A stretch of DNA of 33,948 bases from Octopus bimaculoides (taxonomy: Eukaryota). Under the pieces are notes generated by a model. The model made no database searches. It was not told the origin of the DNA and saw only the letters and a list, made by a program, of their open reading frames with translations. How positions within the stretch are numbered: the first letter of the stretch is position 1; each line of letters begins with the position of its first letter. The DNA lies in NCBI RefSeq assembly GCF_001194135.2, contig NC_068997.1, positions 45,441,398 through 45,475,345 of the forward strand. Direction: 5' to 3'. This document shows, in pieces, positions 23,014-30,867 of the stretch. A program made the translations under genes and the position numbers.

Positions 23014-24753
23014 TTTTGGCAGACATATATGTAAATGTGTGTATGGAAAGAAAATGTACTGTGGCCACCCTGGTTTATTTCTCTCTGGTTGTTGTGGATA
23101 GGCAGAGATAGATAGGTGGTGGGTAACTGCATATTAAGCACCCTCCAGATTCCGCTTCCATGGTATTGGCCAACCCAAGGCTCATCAGCACGGTGCTATG
23201 CAGTGACATCAAACCTGGATCCACGTGGTCACAAAGCAAAATTCCTGGTCCCTCAACCATACCTAAACAACGCAGATGGGTGAGATGCAAGGTGAGAGGA
23301 TGGTGCTGGTGCAAGAAAGATAACCAGCAGATATACCATTCCACTCGTGTAAACATGGGAACATGATGGAAACAGTAAGCTGGTGGGGAGGGAAGGAGGA
23401 TGGATCAGTGGGGGCAGTCTACCCTGGGAAATGCTTTTATGTCAGGAGGTGGTCATGTTGGTTTTAGTAAGAATTGAACTTAGAATCTACAGGATTAAGA
23501 ACTGAAACAATACTGTAACATTATTTTAGTTGGAAGCTCCATCATTTATTTTTCAATTTGTCTGTCTGTCTGTCTCTTTTTATACCTGTCTCTCTCTCTT
23601 TATATCTGTCTCTCTTCCTCCCTATCTCTGTCTCTCCTCTTTGCATCTCTTTCTGTGTCTCTCCTTTTCAATTGTCTCCCTGTCTGTCTGTTTCTCTCTC
23701 TCTCCCACTCTGTCTATGTCTCCTCTCTCTCTCTTTCTCTTTCCTCGTTTTCAGTTATCTCTGTTTCTCCCCCTCTCCTAACCTCTTCTCTCTATGAAAC
23801 TACTTTTCTATCTTTCTGTCCTTCAATCTCTCTGTCTCCCTTTCACTCATGTGGCTATCTGCCTCCCCCCCCCNNNNNNNNNNCCCCCCAATCTGTCAGT
23901 CATTATAGACAACAATAGATACATTTATACCTGTGGTGGTTTGATTCCTGTGATTGATATTACACCCACACACCCCTCTGTCTCTCCCTCGCCCTCTCTC
24001 TCCCACCTACACACCCACACACATACACTCACGTGGACACACCTACATGCATACGTGTGTAAATAATACACTATATAACTACATGCATCAATAAACATGT
24101 ACAAGGAGACCCACAAACACACACACACACGTCTGTCTACTCATGCCCACCTAGGTGAGCGTGTGTGTGTTTGTCAGAGGGGGGAACAGGGTGGAGGATG
24201 GAGGGGGGACCGAGGAAGCGGCAGACAGTACATTTGCACATATGTTTATATTATTGTCTGCTGATGGTAGAACTTCCTGCTCGCACATACACACACACAC
24301 ACATGTATGCGCACACACCTTATGATAAACACACCCATCTTTTATCTCTCTATCTATCTACCTATCTCTCACTACCTTTCATTATCTGTTTATCTATCTC
24401 CTGTCCTCCTGTATCTCTCCCTACATATATGTGTGTGTGTGCGCGCATGTATGTGTGCATAAATATATATGTATGTATATACATACATATATATATANNN
24501 NNNNNNNNNNNNNNNNNNNNNNNNNNNNNNNNNNNNNNNNNNNNNNNNNNNNNNNNNNNNNNNNNNNNNNNNNNNNNNNNNNNNNNNNNNNNNNNNNNNN
24601 NNNNNNNNNNNNNNNNNNNNNNNNNNNNNNNNNNNNNNNNNNNNNNNNNNNNNNNNNNNNNNNNNNNNNNNNNNNNNNNNNNNNNNNNNNNNNNNNNNNN
24701 NNNNNNNNNNNNNNNNNNNNNNNNNNNNNNNNNNNNNNNNNNNNNNNNNNNNC

Positions 24754-25086
24754 TACTATAGCCTCGGGCCGACCAAAGCGTTGTGAGTGGATTTTGTAGA
24801 TGGAAACTGAAAAAAGCCCGTCGTATATATGTATATGTGTATGTATATATATATGTGTGTGTGTGTGTATGTGTGTCTGTGTTTGTCCCCCCAAACATCG
24901 CTTGACAACCGATGGTGGTGTGTTTACTCCCTGTAACTTAGTGGTTCGGCAAATGAGACCGATACAATAAGTACTAGGCTTACAAAGAGTAAGTCCTGGA
25001 GGGTCGATTTGCTCGACCAAAAGGCGGTGCTCCAGCATGGCCGCAGTCAAATTGACTGAAACAAGTAAAAGAGTAAAAGAAAGAAT
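24754..25086 (+). mobile_element. SINE family A, head lies in a gap
   Basis: Near-identical to 11420-11735, with an AAAAGAGT/AAAAGAAT tail. Confidence 0.9.
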
Positions 25087-25104
25087 ATATATATCTTAGT
25101 GTGT

Positions 25105-25170
<66 letters not shown>

Positions 25171-25919
25171 TTATATCTTGTTTCAGTCATTAAACTGTGG
25201 CCATGCTGGGGCACTTCCTTTTATTGCATGTATGTATATGTGTGTATCATCCACTCACATTTCTTTCTCACATAAACACACTATCTCCACTCCATCTCTT
25301 TCTTTCTTTCTCTCTCTTTCTCTCCCATTCATGAATGTAGTCTTTCTCCCTTGTAAAGATACATATACACAGGGGTAGAGTTGTTTACATAGAGATTAAA
25401 CATACATGCACAGGTAAATACTGGTATTATTACATATGCATCATGTGCTCTGTGTTTACCTGTCTGTTTGTCTAGCTCTCCATATATGTTTGTGTCTGTG
25501 TTTGTGTGTATGTGTGATTTATAAAGGTGTGTTTGTGTGTATCTCTGGTCCATTCACACACGCACACACACACACACACACACACAATGTATTTATCTGA
25601 ATAAACACACATACACACACAATTCTGACTCAGCTTAAACAATGAACAGTTGTCTCTATTAAATACACAAACCAGGCTTTTTTTTTGTTTTGTTTTGTAG
25701 TGTGTATGTATTCACTGATCTGAATCCCCCCCTCTTTATTCTACAGACCATCACCTCTTCCACTAGTCAGCCACCCCCACACACTGGTCACTATTTTTAC
25801 CTGTGATCATAAGATCTTCTATTCATAAAGACCCACTTCATTAGTGAAACATCTGTTTTGATAATTGTTCAATTATTCACTTTCCTGCATTCAATAATTT
25901 CTTTCTTTATATGTCTGTT

Positions 25920-26340
25920 TGCCTGTATCTATTTATTTATCCTTCTATCTATCTCTCACAACCTGTCTATCCATTTTTCTAGTCATCCGGATCTTTCTAT
26001 CAGTTTATCAATTAATTTTTACACCTATCTATCTATCTATTTATCTATTTGTCTATCTATCGATCTACTTATCTATCTCCCTATGTCTGCCTATCTTTCT
26101 CTATATATTTATTCCTCTATATCTATCTATCTGTCCATCCATCCATTCATCCGTCTATCTATCTATCTATCTATCCACTTATCTATCTATCCATCTATCT
26201 ATCTATCTATCTATCTATCAATCCATTCTCTATCTGTCTTTCTATCACCTTATCTATCTAATAATCTTTCAAACTGTCAATCTATCTATCAATCAATCGA
26301 TCTATTTATCTAGCAATTTCTGTAGCTTTATCTATTTGTC
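25920..26340. repeat. Degenerate (TCTA)n tract
   Basis: Read directly from the sequence. Confidence 0.85.
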
Positions 26341-26668
26341 TCTCTTACTTTGAATCTTTGTCTCTCTCTCCCTCCCACCATCCCTCAGTACCCCTACCAT
26401 CATCCTACAGTTATTTGATACCACCTCTGTCTCTGCCCCCTCTTAATCTCCCTCTTCCTGGTTGGAGCAGCGTGGACACTTTATAATTTTACTGGTGACC
26501 AAATAATCATTTATACTGTCATCAACTCACTTGTCTAGATGACCAACTGACCAAATTATATTCGGTATCCGAGACTCTCTTCTAACTCTTGGACATTTCT
26601 ATCATAACCGTTTCAAAACCGACCACTCCAAGCTATCTTTACCATTCATCCTTTTGATTCCAAGTTGA

Positions 26669-26873
26669 AGTGCATGGTTTAGTGGTTAGAGTGTTCAACT
26701 CATGATCATAAGATTGTGCTTTCAATTCCTGGACCAAGCGACATGTTATGTTCTTGAGCAAAACACTTCATTTCACATTGCTCCAGTCCACTCAGCTGGC
26801 AAAAATGAGTAACCCTGCGAAGGACTGGCATCCCATCCAGGGAGGATTATACACTTGAGAAACCAGGAAGCTG
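26669..26873 (+). mobile_element. SINE family C: tRNA-like head plus a V/Meta-like conserved central domain
   Basis: A-box-like TGGTTTAGTGG, B-box-like TTCAATTCC, ttcttgagcaaaacactt, acattgctccagtccactcagctgg, then GTAACCCTGCGAAGGACTGGCATCCCATCCAGGG. Confidence 0.7.
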
Positions 26874-27020
26874 ACAGTAATGTGGACAAACCCTAAACTA
26901 ACCTTTTGATCCCAATCAACATGGGGCTGCCCCTAATTCTATGATGCAAACTTTGTGTTTTCAACTTGTCAGAATTAATCGCTTCCATCAAAATATGCTA
27001 ATTTATATTCTAAACACAAG

Positions 27021-27235
27021 TTTTGAATTTTGGCACAAGGCCAACAATTTCAGGGAGAGGGTGTAAGTTGATTAGATTGATCCCAATGTTCAACTGGGAC
27101 TTATTTTATCAACCCCCGAAGGTATAAAAGGCAAAGTTGGCATCAGCAGGATTTGAACTCTGAACATGAAAATGGACGAAATGCCACAGATCGTTTAGTC
27201 CAGCATAGTTAATGATTTTGCCAGATGACCATCTT
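27021..27235 (-). mobile_element. SINE family B copy
   Basis: ttttggcacaaggcc...ttcaactgggacttattttatc...ggatttgaactc...ttttgccag. Confidence 0.8.
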
Positions 27236-27240
27236 ATTTT

Positions 27241-27452
27241 GGTTTTAAATTTTAACACAGGGCCTGCAGTTTTGGAGGCAGGGTTAAGTTGATTACATCG
27301 ATGTCTGTGTTCAACTGGGGCTTAATTTATCGACCCCGAAATGATAAAAGACATTGTTGACCTTGGCAGAATTTGAACTCAGAACATAAAGACAGATGAA
27401 ATGCCACTAAGCATTTTGTCCAGTGTGATAACATTTCTGCCAGCCTGCTACT
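27241..27452 (-). mobile_element. SINE family B copy, in tandem with the previous one
   Basis: Same collinear blocks; gaatttgaactcagaac, ctaagcattttgtcc, ttctgccagc. Confidence 0.8.
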
Positions 27453-27503
27453 TTATTTTCTTTTATGATATCATTTATCAACACTCATTATATTTTCATA
27501 TGT

Positions 27504-27733
27504 TTAACCCTTTTGATACCAACCGACCTGAAACCACCTCTGGCTCTGTAGTACAAATGTCTCATTTTCAAAAGTTCTGAATTGAAATCTTCCACCAAAC
27601 CTTAGTCACAATTTATGTTCCTAACACTAGCTGAATGATAACTAAGTTATTTTACTAAATTCTTTGTTATATTTAAAATTAATTGAAAGAAACACGGAGC
27701 ATCTCAACAGAAATATGGTAACAAAATGGTTAG
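27504..27733. mobile_element. piggyBac-like MITE, copy 1
   Basis: TTAA-CCCTTTTGATACCA ... TGGTAACAAAATGG-TTAG; near-identical to 27757-27986. Confidence 0.78.
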
Positions 27734-27756
27734 AATATATAATAGGGAAACAATTC

Positions 27757-27986
27757 TTAACCCTTTTGATACCAACCTACCTGAAACCACCCCTAGTTCT
27801 GTAGTACAGATGTCTCACTTTTCAAAAGTTCTGAATTAAAATCTTCCACCAAACCTTAGTCACAATTTATGTTCCTAACACTAACTGAATGATAACTAAG
27901 TTATTTTACTAAATTCTTTGCTATATTTAAAATAATTGAAAGAAACACAGAGCATCTCAAAATGAATATGGTAACAAAAGCGTTAA
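27757..27986. mobile_element. piggyBac-like MITE, copy 2
   Basis: TTAA-CCCTTTTGATACCA ... TGGTAACAAAAGCG-TTAA. Confidence 0.8.
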
Positions 27987-28030
27987 GACAACGAGATGAC
28001 AGAAACATCAACTCTATAATCTTTTTCGCT

Positions 28031-28229
28031 ATTGGCACAAGACCTGAAACTTTGCAGAGAAAGGCGCTTGTTGATATTATATCAACCCTGGTGCTCAACT
28101 GGTACTTATTTTTATGAAACCCTGGAAGGATGAAAAGCAACGTTGACCTCAGCAGAATTTGATCTCAGATCATAAAGAGCTGAAATACTGCCAAGCAGTT
28201 TGTCCAGCTTGCTAACATTCTGCCAGTTC
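28031..28229 (-). mobile_element. SINE family B copy
   Basis: ttggcacaag...gtgctcaactggtacttattt...ggatgaaaagc...gaatttgatctc...ttctgccag. Confidence 0.78.
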
Positions 28230-28308
28230 AAATTCTTTGTTATTTTCAAAATTAATTGAAACCAAGGCTGTGTATTTTAAGAGAGAGACGTAGTAACAAA
28301 AGGGTTAA
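28230..28308. mobile_element. piggyBac-like MITE, right-end fragment
   Basis: aaattctttgttattttcaaaattaattgaaa...gtaacaaaagggTTAA. Confidence 0.65.
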
Positions 28309-28827
28309 CTAAAATACCAGTTAACTACTAGGGGCCAATCAAATTGCCTGTTCCCTCGTCCAAAGTGTGTGGCCTTGCTTTAAGCTGTTTATTTTAAAAA
28401 ATCATGAAGAACCCAGAGTGGGGTACAATTTGGCAGTTCCAATGTTAATTAAGCTTCTCTCCCAGACTTTTTCTTTGAAGGTTCTACACTTACCCCCAAC
28501 CCAACGCCCGCCCCTCCTTACACACATGCTCACCACTACATTCACCTTCCTCTTTTTGTGGACCCTAAATGCCTTCAGTCTGTAGAAGTAGGGTGGGGAG
28601 GGGGCTTTATCAGCTTATCTCCATTTCTACAGATTTGGTTCCAGACTTCTAAAGTTACTGGCAGCAAATAGTGTGTATATGGCTATATACTTGTGTGTGT
28701 GTATATATATGCATGTATGTATGTATGTGTGTTTGTATCCCATATATTGCATAAATTCTCTTTGTGTTGTCTGTATAAGTAATTTCCTATTTTTGAGGTG
28801 TGCTTGTGTGTTGTATGTATATATATA

Positions 28828-28864
<37 letters not shown>

Positions 28865-29715
28865 GTTACACATACACACACACACGTGTGTGTGTGTGTT
28901 TATATACATAATGAGGCCAAAAGAGAAAGAGAGCACAATTTTGTGTGTGTGTGTGTTCATTGCTATATATATATATGCACACACACATGTATACATTTAC
29001 AGGTGTGGATGTGTACATAAAGAACTCTGTGTGTGTGTGTGTGCGTCTTTGCATGCTTATTTCTCCTGCATGTGTTATTTCAGTGTTTGAGCTGTATGCA
29101 TTAAGGACCACGTCTGCCTGACGTACGACAGTGTGTGTGTGTGTGTGTGTGTACATGGGCCTAATTTGAGCACTTGTGTTTCAAACACCTGGTCTATGAC
29201 GCTGATAAGACCCAGCTTAACAGGACTGATAGCACTTAAGTCCTGCTGGTACCTCTCTCTCTCTCTCTCTCTCCTCCCTCTCTATCTGTCTACTCATCCT
29301 CTCTATATCTATCTATCTGTATATCTATCCTCCTTGTATCTCTCTATCTCTATATGGATTAGCTTAGCTCTATACAAGGCAGTGACTGTGGTGCTTTCTT
29401 GCTACAGACTTATATCTCTTTGTCCACAAGACTCAATCAACTTGAAGAAATAATAAACATGTGACGTCACAGGCATTGGTGAAGGTGGGGGGAGGGTTGT
29501 TCCTTTTTTGTTGTTTTTTTATTATTATTATTATTATTTAATTTTTTTTTTAATTTCTAGGTTAAGAAGAAATGTGAGATGATGTGATATTGCGTTTACA
29601 CCTTCTGTTAGGGTCTTGTATGTTGTTGTTGTTGGCGGTGGTGGTGTTGGTGCTGCTGGTGCTAGCACTTAGCCAGGACTGACTGATATAGGACGGGACA
29701 AGCTTTTTAATATGT

Positions 29716-30041
29716 TCCAAGTTCAAATCTCGCCTAGGCCAACTTTGCTTTTTGTCCTTTCAAGAGTTGATAAAATGATGTCCCAGACAAGTATTGTGGC
29801 TGATGGTGTCACCTAACACCCTTTCTATCAAAATTATGTACCAGTGATACGCTGGGGCCGGTGTAAACCACTAGTCCCCTCGCACAACATTTCAGGCCTT
29901 GTGCCTTTATTAGAAAGGGTTTACTTTGCCTCTCATCCTTTCAGGGTTGATAAAATAAGTATCTGTTGGCCACTGGGGCTGATAGAATCAACTTACTCCC
30001 TCCCCTAAATTGCTGGTCTTGTGCCAAAATTTGAAACCATT
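29716..30041 (+). mobile_element. Two diverged SINE family B bodies in tandem (about 29716-29918 and 29920-30041)
   Basis: aagttcaaatc...ctttgc...tcctttc...gttgataaaat...; the second has tcatcctttcagggttgataaaataagta...aaattgctggtcttgtgccaaaatttgaaa. Confidence 0.7.
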
Positions 30042-30237
30042 AGTATTATTATTATCATTATTTTATAAAGATTGGACATGACTCTTCACAAAGGTAAATA
30101 GATATTCCGAAAGATCATTTGTCTTCAGATTCAAAATGTAAAATGCAAATGAAAACAAATGCAGAAAATCAAAATATAAATGAGGAAATCCTGTGTCCCT
30201 GTTGTTGTTGTTGTTGTTGTTGTTGTTGTAATAAAGA

Positions 30238-30678
30238 TTAACTCTTTAGTATTAGACCATTCAAATCCAGCCTAAATATTCTATTTGCTTTGTGTTCAGA
30301 CTGGCCAGATCTGGCTTTTCACACTTACCCTACAATGTCATTCTAAAAAAAAATAGACAATCATATAATCAAAATTTCAAAACAACGAGATACTGCATGA
30401 TTGATTCAGAACATCATCATCGTTATCATCATCATCATCGTTTAACGTCCGCTTTCCATGCTAGCATGGGTTGGATGATTTGACTGAGGACTGGTGAACC
30501 AGATGGCTACACCAGGCTCCAATCTGATCTGGCAGAGTTTCTACAGCTGGATGCCCTTCCTAACACCAACCACTCCAAGAGTGTAGTGGGTGCTTTTACA
30601 TGCCACCGGCACGAAGGCCAGTCACACGGTACTGGCAACGAATTGCATTTGGCACTAACTGGAATGTTAAAGGGTTAC
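30238..30678. mobile_element. Second piggyBac-like MITE family, interrupted by a retroposon
   Basis: TTAA-CTCTTTAGTATT (30238) and AATGTTAAAGGG-TTAC (30663-30678) form imperfect TIRs; the insertion occupies 30412-30640. Confidence 0.6.
30412..30640 (-). mobile_element. Retroposon 3' end with an (ATG)n tail, inserted into a piggyBac-like MITE
   Basis: (CAT)n tract, perfect palindrome CCATGCTAGCATGG at 30456-30469, and a ggatgcccttcctaacaccaacca block that I recognise from invertebrate retroposons. Family not assigned. Confidence 0.65.
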
Positions 30679-30867
30679 AGCATTCTAACAAGGACTATTA
30701 TTCTAAGACATTCCAGAGTGACTTGAGATAGGTTTCGCTGTTATTTCTGGTAAACTAAGTGACCACATAGAGGGCTGTTTTGTTGCATTAATTTATGTCT
30801 GCATCAAATTTTATTTGTTCCATATTTGTTCATCTCATTGCTTTTTGTCTTTTTTTCTTTTCTTCAG

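Larger units (their letters stand above)
17140..30867 (+). other. Predicted 13,728-bp GT-AG intron of the ZEB gene
   Basis: G17139 plus AT30868-30869 gives GAT (Asp), keeping the frame: ...EPDEEDDTG-D-SVNNTDDEYLLKC. No other credible exon was seen in between, but gaps could hide one. Confidence 0.78.

Noticed and set aside
23165-23188. Second hammerhead-like motif on the minus strand (CTGATGA-GCC-loop-GGC)
   Set aside because: It is followed by CAAT rather than GAAA, and no helix III or helix I can be formed.
856-25050. Long ORFs spanning N runs
   Set aside because: They are open only because N codons translate as X; the flanks are microsatellite peptides such as YIYI, HTHT and VCVC.
30795-30867. 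ATG-initiated N-terminal extension MSASNFICSIFVHLIAFCLFFFSS of the 875-aa ORF
   Set aside because: It is the intron polypyrimidine tract read in frame; a strong acceptor at 30867 and a phase-compatible upstream exon explain it better.
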